47,008 bases of DNA from a virus. The DNA lies in the IMG/VR virus record IMGVR_UViG_3300045747_000694, positions 106,165-153,172 of that record; one strand, 5' to 3'. The notes under the pieces are model-generated. The model had not been told where the DNA came from, made no database searches, and worked only from the letters and a program-made list of their open reading frames with translations. Shown here in pieces: positions 19,426 through 29,400 of this stretch (its first letter is position 1; each line of letters opens with the position of its first letter). The position numbers and the translations under genes are program-made.

Positions 19426-20909
19426 AGGGCGCTCTCGTCATCCCACCCTCCGCCTTCCTGCTCGACGCGAGGGTCTTCGTCAGTCTGGGCATCCTGAAGG
19501 TCGCCGCGGCGCTCGAGGCGAGAGGGGTCATGGTGGACGTCATCGACCTCTCCGGGGTCGCCAACTACAAGGACGCCCTCAGCGACTACCTCCACAACTC
19601 TCGGCCGGAGTGGGTCGGCATCACGGCGACGACTCCGCAGATGCCCTACGTCACGGAGCTCTCCCGGCTGGTCCGCTCTCACGGGGCCAAGGCCATCCTG
19701 GGCGGCCCGCACCCCACCCTCACCAACGCGGCCTACAAGAACGAGAAGAAGCTCCACCGTTCTGGCCGTGGGGGCAAGGCTTGGGAGCAGCTCCTCGAGG
19801 AGTTCGATGTCGTCGTGACCGGGGATGGGGAGAAGGCCATCTTCGAGGCCATCGACAAGAGCTGCGGCCACGTCGATGCCGACGATCCGAGAAGCGAGCT
19901 GTGGGTCTCCGAGAAGGAGATGATGGACCTCCAGCCGGCCCGCCACCTGGTCGACCTCTCCAGCTACCACTACTCCATCGACGGGGAACGGGCGACGAGC
20001 CTCATCGGCCAGCTGGGCTGTCCCTTCCAGTGCGCCTTCTGTGGCGGCCGCGCCTCTCCGATGCTGCGGCGCTCGAGGGTGCGGACGGTGCCGGACATCA
20101 TCGCCGAGGTGGCCCACCTGCATGACCGGCACGGCTACAAGGGCTTCATGTTCTACGACGACGAGCTCAACGTCGCGAAGAGCATGCCAGCCCTCATGGA
20201 CGCCATCCACCTCCTGGCCGTGAGCCGCAAGACGGAGTTCCGCCTGAGGGGCTTCATCAAGGCCGAGCTCTTCACCGACGAGCAGGCAGCCTCCATGGTG
20301 AGGGCCGGGTTCAAGTGGATCCTGGTGGGCTTCGAGTCGGGGTCGCCGAGGATCCTGGAGAACATCCGGAAGCAGGCCACCGTCGAGGACAACACCCGCT
20401 GCCTCGAGATCGCCAGGCGCCACGGGCTGAAGGTGAAGGCCCTGATGTCCATCGGCCACGCTGGCGAGTCGGCCGAGACCATCGCCGAGACGCAGGCCTG
20501 GCTCCTCAAGATGATGGTGGACGACTTCGACGCCACCATCATCACCACCTACCCCGGCACGCCCTACTACGACGAGGCCTACGAGTCGTCGGCAGGCATC
20601 TGGACCTACCAGGCCAAGGGCGGGGACAAGCTGCACGCCTACGCTCTCGACTACTCGAAGGTCTCCGACTACTACAAGGGCGACCCCAACGCCGGCTACA
20701 AGGCGTACGTCTTCACCGACCACCTCTCTTCCGAGGACCTTGTAGGTCTTCGTGGGCAATTGGAGCAGAAGGTAAGGACGGAGCTTTCTATTCCCTTCTA
20801 CCCAGGCGCGCCTGCGGTACAGTACGAACATTCCATGGGGATGGCCGGGCTTCCCGACACCATCCTACGGTCCTCGCACTTCGCGACCGCGCAAGGAGTG
20901 GGGACATGA
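19422..20909 (+). CDS. B12-binding-domain radical SAM enzyme
   Basis: N-terminal Rossmann-like B12-binding region (KGALVIPP...LGILKVAAALEARGVMVDVIDL). Radical SAM CxxxCxxC motif (GCPFQCAFCGG). Start chosen at the ATGA overlap with the upstream stop rather than the longer in-gene track start. Confidence 0.8.
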   Translation: MKGALVIPPSAFLLDARVFVSLGILKVAAALEARGVMVDVIDLSGVANYKDALSDYLHNSRPEWVGITATTPQMPYVTELSRLVRSHGAKAILGGPHPTLTNAAYKNEKKLHRSGRGGKAWEQLLEEFDVVVTGDGEKAIFEAIDKSCGHVDADDPRSELWVSEKEMMDLQPARHLVDLSSYHYSIDGERATSLIGQLGCPFQCAFCGGRASPMLRRSRVRTVPDIIAEVAHLHDRHGYKGFMFYDDELNVAKSMPALMDAIHLLAVSRKTEFRLRGFIKAELFTDEQAASMVRAGFKWILVGFESGSPRILENIRKQATVEDNTRCLEIARRHGLKVKALMSIGHAGESAETIAETQAWLLKMMVDDFDATIITTYPGTPYYDEAYESSAGIWTYQAKGGDKLHAYALDYSKVSDYYKGDPNAGYKAYVFTDHLSSEDLVGLRGQLEQKVRTELSIPFYPGAPAVQYEHSMGMAGLPDTILRSSHFATAQGVGT

Positions 20910-22111
20910 TCGCAACCATCCGAGACGCGAAGGGCCTGGGCAACTTCGCCGTCTACATTCGTTTCCGCAACGACATCACGAACTACTGGAACTTCGTGAC
21001 GCAGGCGTGGGAGGCGCTGGAGACCTCCGACTGCCGGCAGTTCCTCACCGAGTACCCGGACTCCAGCACCGTCGAGTCCCGCTACCAGCTCGAGCTCGCC
21101 AGCAACGTCATCCCGCCCGGCACCTTCATCGTCGAGTACGTTCACAGCTCGGACGAGATGGTCATCGGCGAAGAGACCTTCGCCGGCCCGCCGCCGCCCA
21201 TCTCCGGCACCGGGGCGAACCTCGTCACGGTCACGGTGACCGACGGTTCCGTCCCCATCGCCGGCGCCTTGGTGCAGGCCTGGCAGGCGGGGGTGCTCCT
21301 CGCCGCGGTGCTGTCCGACACCCAGGGAGTCGCGGCACTCGGTCTGCCTGCCGGCACCATCAACCTCGTCGTCACGAAGACGAGCTGGGGCTCCTTCCCG
21401 CAGCACACGATGACGGTGGTGGCTGGCCCGCAGGCAGTGGCCATCCAGGGGACGGCGACGCCGCCTGGCGCCCTTCCCCCGAGCGGCTTCGGGATCCTCA
21501 TCGCGGTGGGCGACGCGGACGCCAAGCTCCAGATGGGCTACTCCGTCATCGAGGTGCAGTCCTCGGACGATGAGGGCAACTCGTGGCAGGCCCTCACCGC
21601 GCCAGTCGCTGCCCCGCCGATTCAGGTCCACATCCCCCTGATGCCGGCGACCTACGCCTACTCCTTCCTCGACCCCCAGGGGACCTCGAAGCGTCGCTAC
21701 CGCTGGCGCTTCTCGGCCAACGGCGTGGCCCCGATCTCCCCCTTCGTGAAGTGGGTCTTCGGCACGCAGCGCGTCTCCACCGTCCCCATCTCCGTGGGGA
21801 CGATGCGTTTCGTTGGGCTGGACGGCATCATTCGTCCAGGCACCCTGCTGGCGGCCGCGCTGGATGCCTCTTCCGGCGGCTCGGTGTTCGTCGGAGTCAT
21901 GCTCGCCTACAACACCGACGAGTCCGGCTTCCTCGCCATCCCTCTCGTGCAGGGGTCGAAGGTGAGAGTTGCCATCGAGGGCACCAGCATCGTGAGGGAC
22001 ATCACCGTCCCCACCACCGAGACCTTCGACATCATGCAAGCCATCACCGCCGCGCCTGACATGTTCACGGTCCAGACGGTGCCTCCGATGCTCACGAAGA
22101 GGGCTCTCTAA
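20906..22111 (+). CDS. Structural protein (401 aa) with a carboxypeptidase-regulatory-like (transthyretin-like beta-sandwich) domain
   Basis: AAGGAG RBS. ATGA overlap with the rSAM gene. Segment GANLVTVTVTDGSVPIAGALVQAWQAGVLLAAVLSDTQGVAALGLPAGTINLVV. The track's longer 20315 start lies inside the upstream gene. Confidence 0.7.
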   Translation: MIATIRDAKGLGNFAVYIRFRNDITNYWNFVTQAWEALETSDCRQFLTEYPDSSTVESRYQLELASNVIPPGTFIVEYVHSSDEMVIGEETFAGPPPPISGTGANLVTVTVTDGSVPIAGALVQAWQAGVLLAAVLSDTQGVAALGLPAGTINLVVTKTSWGSFPQHTMTVVAGPQAVAIQGTATPPGALPPSGFGILIAVGDADAKLQMGYSVIEVQSSDDEGNSWQALTAPVAAPPIQVHIPLMPATYAYSFLDPQGTSKRRYRWRFSANGVAPISPFVKWVFGTQRVSTVPISVGTMRFVGLDGIIRPGTLLAAALDASSGGSVFVGVMLAYNTDESGFLAIPLVQGSKVRVAIEGTSIVRDITVPTTETFDIMQAITAAPDMFTVQTVPPMLTKRAL

Positions 22112-23016
22112 TGTCGACAGTGAACATCCTGGTGACGTCGGACGGGACCACTCCCTCACCCATCGCTGGTGCCGTCGTCTCCATCGTGGACCCCGCCACG
22201 AACCTGGCGCTCGTGGCCCGCGCGACCACCAACTCCTCGGGCATCGCTGGCTTCGACATCCCGGATGGCGTCTACGAGCTCCGTCTCTACAAGCGGAACG
22301 TCGTCTTCGGCGGGCCCGTGGCCATCACCGTCCTCGGCAACGGGGCGTACACGGTGACCGGCACGCTGATGCTCCTGCCGGTGGCGACCGACCCCCTGCT
22401 CTGCCGCTGCACGGGCCGCTTCGTCGGCTTCTCGGGACAGCCCCTCGCCAACGTCACGCTCGTCTTCACGCAGCGGGGTGACACCGAGAACATCGTCCCT
22501 CGGGTGTTCGACTCGCAGCTCGTGGGGCAGTCCGACCTCATCGCGCACACCAACACGGAGGGCTTCATCACCCTCGACCTCATCCGCACCGGAGAGTTCA
22601 AGCTCTCCATCTCCGGTGAGGAGCTGGTCTGGGACTTCAGGGTCCCCGACCGTTCTTCCGCAAACCTCATCGACCTTCTGCATCCTCAGCCGGTGTCTCT
22701 GACGTGGGATCCCACCTTGGCACCGGCGAATGCCATCACGGTGCAGGTGGGGCAGACCATCACGGTCCCGGTGTCCCTCGTACTGTCGAACTACGAGGTC
22801 CTCAACAACGGAGCTACCGAGCTATGGCTGGCGTATCTGAACTCAGACTCGATCATCGCCCCCGCGGCAATCGGGGACGCCGGAATGGAAGTGACGGGCG
22901 GGGCCGTCGGAACGGCGCAGATCTCCGCGTCTGCACGCCAGGGGTTCTACCCGCGAAGGGTGCCCGACCCGCCGGTGCTGGTCACGACCCCGCTGACCAT
23001 CAACGTTACACCCTGA
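22111..23016 (+). CDS. Structural protein (301 aa) with an N-terminal CarboxypepD_reg-like domain
   Basis: TAATG overlap. ILVTSDGTTPSPIAGAVVSIVDPATNLALVARATTNSSGIAGFDIPDGVYELRLYKRN. Confidence 0.7.
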   Translation: MSTVNILVTSDGTTPSPIAGAVVSIVDPATNLALVARATTNSSGIAGFDIPDGVYELRLYKRNVVFGGPVAITVLGNGAYTVTGTLMLLPVATDPLLCRCTGRFVGFSGQPLANVTLVFTQRGDTENIVPRVFDSQLVGQSDLIAHTNTEGFITLDLIRTGEFKLSISGEELVWDFRVPDRSSANLIDLLHPQPVSLTWDPTLAPANAITVQVGQTITVPVSLVLSNYEVLNNGATELWLAYLNSDSIIAPAAIGDAGMEVTGGAVGTAQISASARQGFYPRRVPDPPVLVTTPLTINVTP

Positions 23017-23156
23017 CCAACTTCGTCTTCGGGCTCATCGAGAGGGGGAAGCTCTACCCCTCGACGGAGCGCCACGCCGGCATCAGGACCCTCTGGGTGA
23101 AGGTCGTCATCCGGGCGGTCTTCGATTGGGTCTCCTATCGGGACTCGACGAAGCTC

Positions 23157-23402
23157 ATGCAGCTCAAGCTGGCGGAGAGTGCTCACGCCTGGCTCTTCAA
23201 GGAGAGCGAGGTCTTCAACAGCTTCGAGAACGTGTGCTTCTACCTCGACATGTCTCCGTCGAACATCCGCAACTGGGCCAAGGCCCTCTCCCGCGACCAG
23301 GTGCTGAAGATCGAACTGGCCGACCGCGCCCCTTCCCCGAAGCAGGTGTACGAGGCGCTCAACTTGAAGTACCTCGTTAACGAGGAAGACCTCGAGACCT
23401 GA
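23157..23402 (+). CDS. Small hypothetical protein; start uncertain (frame 0 is open and coding-like from about 23004; alternative GTG at 23097)
   Basis: Non-repetitive sequence FKESEVFNSFENVCFYLDMSPSNIRNWAKALSRDQVLKIELADRAPSPKQVYEALNLKYLVNEEDLET. Ends in a TGATG overlap with the next gene. No convincing RBS. Confidence 0.3.
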   Translation: MQLKLAESAHAWLFKESEVFNSFENVCFYLDMSPSNIRNWAKALSRDQVLKIELADRAPSPKQVYEALNLKYLVNEEDLET

Positions 23403-25549
23403 TGGCCCTGTTGACGGTACAGGAGCAGATCTCCACCCTCCTCCAACGGAACCTCGTTGAGGACAAGACCAAGGGCACGCCCTCGGTCCAGGTGGAAGCT
23501 GCTGCCGTCATGGACTCGGTGGCTCTGAACTTCGTCTTCAACCCTCGCATCACTCTCTACTTCGCCCATCTCGCCAGGAACGCCCTGCTGAAGCTCGCCA
23601 CCGACGAGTGCAACGCGGCGCTGGCGCTGATGGAGACCATCAGAGATCTCGGCAACCAGAGCTACGCCCTCCACGACCTGAAGGCGCTCGAGCGCGCCAA
23701 GAGCTCCCTGCTCCAGATCGAGACGCAGGGGCAGATCCTCTCGACAGAGGGCGCCTTCAAGGGCTTCGACTCCGCCGCGAAGGAGTTCCTGGACAAGCAG
23801 CTCTCGAAGAACGTTCGTCGACAGGGGACTCAGGGTCTCGTGCGGCCGAGCATCGAGGCGGCCGCGGCACTCCCAGGGGACTACGCGACCCTGAAGAGCC
23901 TCCACGCCCAGGTCGACTCGCGGCTGGGCTACCTGACGAACGGCGTGCGAGCCTTCTCGACCTCGAGCATCGCCGGAACCCTGGGCCTCAACGCGGCCTT
24001 CAGGGTCAGGAAGGACATCGAGAGCATCATCTCCGACCTCGAGACGGATCCCACTGCCGCAGGCTCAAGAGAGTACGCCATCCGCATCAGCGCGGCTCGA
24101 ACGGCTCTTCGGCTTCTCGGTACGCCGCCGGGAGTCTTCGACCCGAAGGTCAGCACGCAGGACTCTCTTCCGTACGGCTACTCCCTCCACGGAGTCTCCG
24201 CGGTAGAGCCCCTCACGCTGACCTCCTCTCTTGGCCCCTGGCCGGTCAGCTACCTCACCCCTTTCGTCGTGACGAAGTACCCGGTGGCGGGGGCGCCTCA
24301 GGTCACTTCCAAGTCCTTCGCCCTGACCTCCTCGGCCCTCATGATCGGGACCATCAGCTCGACCTGGACCATCCCACCGCAAGGCGGACTCTTCTTCTCC
24401 TTCAGCGGTGTGCCGGTGCGTGTCGTTCTGAACTCCTCTACCTCGTCTGCGCTCAAGACGGCTGCCGACGTTGCAGCTGCCATCAACGCCCAGGCTGGTG
24501 GGTACGTCCAGGCGGAAGAGATCTGGGAGACGGGCGGCAGTAGGGTCGGGATCTGGTCGCACAGTGGGCTGGAGTTCAGCCTGACTGACCTGATCTCGGA
24601 GGACCACTCGGGCTCCACGAGCGGTAGCCCCACGCTCTGGACGAACTCGATGAGAGAGCTCCTCGGGCTCCCCAACGAGTCCACCGACCACCACGGCACC
24701 CTGAGCGCAGTGCAGATGAAGGACTGTCTCGACAGCCTTCTCGGCACGTCCGGTGCGATCTTCGACGTCGATGGCGACTACCTCGTGATGAGCGTCCCTC
24801 TTCTTCCTGGGGAGACCTTCAAGACCTCCATCCCTTGTGCGCTCCCCGCGCCCATCTTCGACAGCCCGGCAGTCCCGGCCGTCAGCTCTTCCGTCGTGCT
24901 GGTGGGGACGTACCTCGGCAAGGCCGTGACTCCCTCCGCCTATGGCTTGGTGGCCGCGGGCGACACCCTCTCCTCCCCCACCGGGAAGTCGGCCATCGCC
25001 TCCGTGGCGGACACCCTCACGCTCACGGACAGCCTTCCCATCTTCGACGGCCCCATCACCATCACGAGTGGCCTCGTCTTGATGTGGCAGCCTCTTCAGC
25101 TCGCACTTGATGCCTTCGAGAGCGTGTGGGCCAAGGACGGGAGCATCGCTCGATTGGACACCGTCATTGCTCCGCTCTACGGCTCTCCGACGCTGGCGCG
25201 GCGGAACGACGCCATGAAGGTCCTACAAGTTCTTGTAGATACTCTCCAGTCCTTGCAGACTGTCCTCTCCAGCTATCCCGTCTCCTCCGATGTCTCGGTG
25301 GAGAAGGCCATCGCAGAGGGGATCATGAGCACGTTGACGGAGAGGAAGTTCGACAGGGCTCAGTCCTTCCTCCTCCAGGGGCAGTTCGTGGAGGTCTTCT
25401 CTCTCGACTGGCAGACTGCCTCCTTCTCCGGTGAGCTCTTGGCGGCCGCTACCGACGTCGCCCAGAACGACCTCAACTGGCCGCGCGTCAACAACGACGA
25501 GCAGGTGGGCGTGCCGTACGCCACCGACGACTCCCTCGAGGTCCAGTGA
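23402..25549 (+). CDS. Large structural protein (715 aa), baseplate/tail-associated, function unknown
   Basis: Long GC3-biased ORF. Helical N-terminal half and beta-rich C-terminal half. Sits immediately upstream of the gp25-like and J-like genes. Confidence 0.75.
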   Translation: MALLTVQEQISTLLQRNLVEDKTKGTPSVQVEAAAVMDSVALNFVFNPRITLYFAHLARNALLKLATDECNAALALMETIRDLGNQSYALHDLKALERAKSSLLQIETQGQILSTEGAFKGFDSAAKEFLDKQLSKNVRRQGTQGLVRPSIEAAAALPGDYATLKSLHAQVDSRLGYLTNGVRAFSTSSIAGTLGLNAAFRVRKDIESIISDLETDPTAAGSREYAIRISAARTALRLLGTPPGVFDPKVSTQDSLPYGYSLHGVSAVEPLTLTSSLGPWPVSYLTPFVVTKYPVAGAPQVTSKSFALTSSALMIGTISSTWTIPPQGGLFFSFSGVPVRVVLNSSTSSALKTAADVAAAINAQAGGYVQAEEIWETGGSRVGIWSHSGLEFSLTDLISEDHSGSTSGSPTLWTNSMRELLGLPNESTDHHGTLSAVQMKDCLDSLLGTSGAIFDVDGDYLVMSVPLLPGETFKTSIPCALPAPIFDSPAVPAVSSSVVLVGTYLGKAVTPSAYGLVAAGDTLSSPTGKSAIASVADTLTLTDSLPIFDGPITITSGLVLMWQPLQLALDAFESVWAKDGSIARLDTVIAPLYGSPTLARRNDAMKVLQVLVDTLQSLQTVLSSYPVSSDVSVEKAIAEGIMSTLTERKFDRAQSFLLQGQFVEVFSLDWQTASFSGELLAAATDVAQNDLNWPRVNNDEQVGVPYATDDSLEVQ

Positions 25550-25830
25550 GCAACGCGCCCGACAGAGACACCAGGGAGATCCTCCACTCGGCGTTTGCCT
25601 TCGTGCGCTCCGTGGAGGCCAATCGGGCATCTGCCGCGATCACGATTGACCACGTCATCCAGCAGCAGGTGAAGTTCCTGAAGGCCGGAGAGATCCGCCC
25701 CATCGTCGATGCCTCTGGCTCCTCAACGGGAAGCCGCACCTCTCGGTACGACGAGATCAAGCAGCTCCAGGATCAGGTCAACAAGCTCGTCACGGTGGCC
25801 AGGGAGTACTTCGGATCGGTGACCTCATGA
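25546..25830 (+). CDS. Hypothetical protein (94 aa)
   Basis: GTGA-coupled to the upstream gene. Its own stop overlaps the next start (ATGA). Confidence 0.5.
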   Translation: MSNAPDRDTREILHSAFAFVRSVEANRASAAITIDHVIQQQVKFLKAGEIRPIVDASGSSTGSRTSRYDEIKQLQDQVNKLVTVAREYFGSVTS

Positions 25831-26474
25831 AGGACCTCCGCGTCGTCACAGCCAAGGTGATGCTCTCCATCCAGTCCATCTCCCCGGTGAGAGGGTTCTA
25901 CCCGCCCTCCATCATGGTGCAGGGCAAGGACCTCTTCCAGACCACCGAGGTCGAGATCAACGGGATCTTGGCGAAGGAGTTCATCATCCAGTCGCCGACC
26001 GTCCTCGTCGTCCGCATCCCTGATGGACAGGTGGGCCAGGTGCTGACCTCGGTCAAGGCCTACGCCCCGATCTCTCCCTCCTACGACAAGGCCGCCCTGA
26101 ACCTCGGCGTGGCTCGGCCCATCAAGTACATCACCGGCATCGACAGGCTGGTGCAGGCGTGGCTGCTCCTCTTCTTCACCTCTCCTGGCACCGACATCTT
26201 CTCGGTCAACAGCGGTGGAGGTGCGCGCAGCCTCATCGGGAAGACGACTGACGCCGGGCACCAGAGTGTGGCGGCCGACTTGGCCCTCTGCATCGACCGC
26301 ACGAAGATGGAGCTGATGAGGCTCCAGGCCAATGCTCCCTACTTGCCGATGGAAGAGAGGCTCATGAGCAGCAGCCTCGTCGGCGTCAACTTCAACAGGG
26401 AGTCCTCGACTCTCTTCGCGGACGTCTCGCTCATCAGCATGGCCGGAACGGCCGCACAGCTCTCCTTGGGGTAA
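25827..26474 (+). CDS. Baseplate wedge protein, gp25/GPW-like domain with an N-terminal extension
   Basis: LVQAWLLLFFTSPGTDIFSVNSGGGARSLIG and ALCIDRTKMELMRLQANAPYLP resemble the conserved GPW/gp25 core (L..L.T..G.R...P.fGs.l...EPR). Recognition is from memory, not from a search. Confidence 0.55.
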   Translation: MKDLRVVTAKVMLSIQSISPVRGFYPPSIMVQGKDLFQTTEVEINGILAKEFIIQSPTVLVVRIPDGQVGQVLTSVKAYAPISPSYDKAALNLGVARPIKYITGIDRLVQAWLLLFFTSPGTDIFSVNSGGGARSLIGKTTDAGHQSVAADLALCIDRTKMELMRLQANAPYLPMEERLMSSSLVGVNFNRESSTLFADVSLISMAGTAAQLSLG

Positions 26475-26477
26475 CGC

Positions 26478-29400
26478 ATGGCACAGGCCGAACTGAAGAC
26501 CTTCGTAGAGGACCGCCTTCAGGCGCTGGTCCCAGGCATCGACGTCTCGGCCGGGTCTCCCGCGCAGACGACCTTCGTCGATCCGCTGATGCAGTACCTC
26601 GGGACCGACCCCTTCGAGACGGACATCGACAAGTTCCTCTCGGACCGCTTCCGCCAGGAGTACCCCGACATCTACGCCGGCGACCCGAGCGCCATCCGCG
26701 ACCTCTTCGTGAAGCCGCTCATCACCTTCCTCGAGCCCATCAAGCGGGAGATCCTGACCGTCCGCAGGAACCAGTCGTTGCAGGACCCGGCGCTCCTCTC
26801 GGACGACGATGCCGATGCGCTGGTGGCCAACTTCTACGACCAGCGTGCGCAGGGCGCCCTCGCCGGCGGCACGGTCCGGGCCTACTACTCCAACCCCGCC
26901 AACGTCCCCATCGAGACCACGGTCCGCTTCTCCACGGCCGGCGGTCTCGCGTTCTTCCCTACGGCCCCCACCTCCATCACGGCGGAGGAGATGGTCTTCA
27001 ATCGGGACGGGACGCTCTACTACGCCGACATCCCGGTGAAGGCGGAGAAGGAGGGGGCCGCCTACAACGTTGGGGTCGGGACCATCGTCAACGTCGATGG
27101 CCTCTTCGGCATCGTGAAGGTCTCGAACCTCCAGGTCTTCCAGAGCGGGGCCGACAAGATCTCCACCGATGCCTTCGTCTCCCAGTCGCGCGAGGCACTG
27201 AACGAGCGGTCGCTGCTCAACCGCCGCGGCGCCGTGCCCCGGCTGCGGGATGCCTTCCCGGGCCAGCTGCGCGCCGTGCAGGTCATCGGGGCTCAGGACA
27301 AGGAGATGGAGCGCGACATCCTGGTGGGCCACACCAAGGGCCACACCTGGCTCACTGGCCGCGTCACCCTCTACGAGAGCATGGCCCTCGTGCAGGCTCG
27401 CACGGTCGATGATGGCGCCGAGTCGGCCCCCGTCGCCGGGGACACGCTCTACGTCTACCTCGACAAGACGACCTGGCCGTCCGGGATCTTGCAGAAGGAC
27501 AGGTTCGTGGAGCTCACCGTGGAGGAGACGATCCTCGACGGCATCGGCGGATCTGGGGCCTTCCAGTGCAGCTTCCTGGTGAGGTGGTCTGGCTCCCTCC
27601 CGACGGGCATCCTCGCTCCCCTGTCGGTGGAGGGGGGCTGCACGAGGAAGGGGACGATCTCCATCACCTCGATCCCAGGCATCGGAGCCCTCACGGCCGA
27701 TGTCCCGGACCAGTCGGTGCACATCTACGGGCACACCGACATCTACGTTCGCCCCACGGCCGACGTGGTGTCGAAGTCGGTGCTGTCTCCCGTCGTCGAC
27801 GCCTCCCCGGTCATGGAGTACACGACGCTCTCCACGGCGGCCACGGTGCCCACCAACTCGGTGCTGGACTCGGTGGGCCGAGACTTCGCGGTGGCCGGCG
27901 TCCTCCCCGGGGACGTCCTCTACATCGAGTCGAGTGACGCCGCGGGCACCTACACCATCGCCGACGTCACGGGGTCGGGTTCCGGATCGCGGCTCCTCCT
28001 CGCCACCAACATCGAGAGAGCGGCGACGAACGCCAGGTACCGGATCTCCCGTACCGTGAAGGTCGACCTCTTCAGCCCCAAGATCCCCAAGCTCCCCTTC
28101 TCCAACCTGCCGGCGGACGACCTCACCACGCAGATCGGGTCGCTGCTCTTCTCCTTCTCCACGAACACCGTCGACTACGGCGTCCGCATCGGGGACACGG
28201 TCCGCGTCACCTCGGGTCCGGACGTCGGGGACTTCACGATCACCGGCTTCGACGGCGTCCTCGGGGGCCGTGGGGTTCTCGTGGACCGTCGGGCCACGGC
28301 ATCCGTGGCCGGGGTCAAGTACGAGATCTTCACGCTCCTGGAGCCGGTGCAGAAGCCCCTCATCCGCCTCAAGGAGGTCATGCTCCTCGACTCCTCCAAG
28401 AAGGCCACGGGGGTCACGGTGCCTCCGGCGCTTCCGGTAGCGGTGCGGTCCCTGAGCGACTTCACCTCGGCCAGCGCCAAGGGGCGCAGCTACCAGAACG
28501 GCGGCATCGTCCTCCCGAAGCTCGACACGCTCTTCACCACGACGAACGTGCCCGCCATCAACGGGGACATGCGCTACTCGACGGGGAGTGAGCCGGCCGA
28601 CGGGGGCTCCTACAAGGCGTTCGAGCTCAACTACTCCGGGCATGTGGAGGGAGAGATCCTCGTCCCCTCCTCGGCCTACTCGGAGTGCTCCTGGTTCCTC
28701 GCCCTGGTGGAGGACGTCGATGCCGTCAGCGGGAAGCCGCCGGTGGTCTTCGAGGTTGGCGGAGTGCTCAACCTCTTGAGCGGGCCGAACAAGGGCGGCT
28801 ACCTCATCCGCGAGGTGAAGAAGGTCAGGTACTACCCGATCGCCACGCCGACCGTCCCCTACTGGCTCACCTTCGTCCGGATCCATGGGACGTTCCCGGT
28901 CGACACCTTCCGCTCGGTGATCGACTTCATCGCAGCCAACCCTGTGCCCATCACCGGCTTCCCCGGCATCCCGACACTGCGTGCCGAGATCGACGGGACT
29001 CCCGTGCTCGAGACGTGGTTCGGCGACTTCTGGGCCAACCTCCCGACCTGGGTGAACGGCTCCATCGGCCTGCTTGGCGGGTCCCCTCCCAGCACGACAG
29101 TGGCAGCCATCGACACGCTCCTGGCGACGGACTACGAGGTGGGCACTCCTGCGCGGGGCATCCTCCGCTCCTACTTCCAGCAGCCTACCCTCTTCACGCA
29201 GAACACCGCCGGGTCCCCGACCCCCACCGTCTACGACTTCAAGGCCGTCACGGGGGACATCCTCTCCTTCCGCCCGGACCCCTTCCGCTACGAGGAGCAG
29301 AACATCCTCCCGGCGCGCGAGGTCTCGGACGTCGACGTGTTCAGCTCCCCTCGAGACGTGCTGCCGTCGGTTCCGACGGCAGCCTCTGGGACGTCGGCCG

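Noticed and set aside
19335-20909. Longer N-terminal extensions for the rSAM gene (start 19335) and the following gene (start 20315) given in the ORF track
   Set aside because: Those starts lie inside the preceding genes in other frames. The ATGA-overlap starts at 19422 and 20906 (the latter with an AAGGAG RBS) are more parsimonious.
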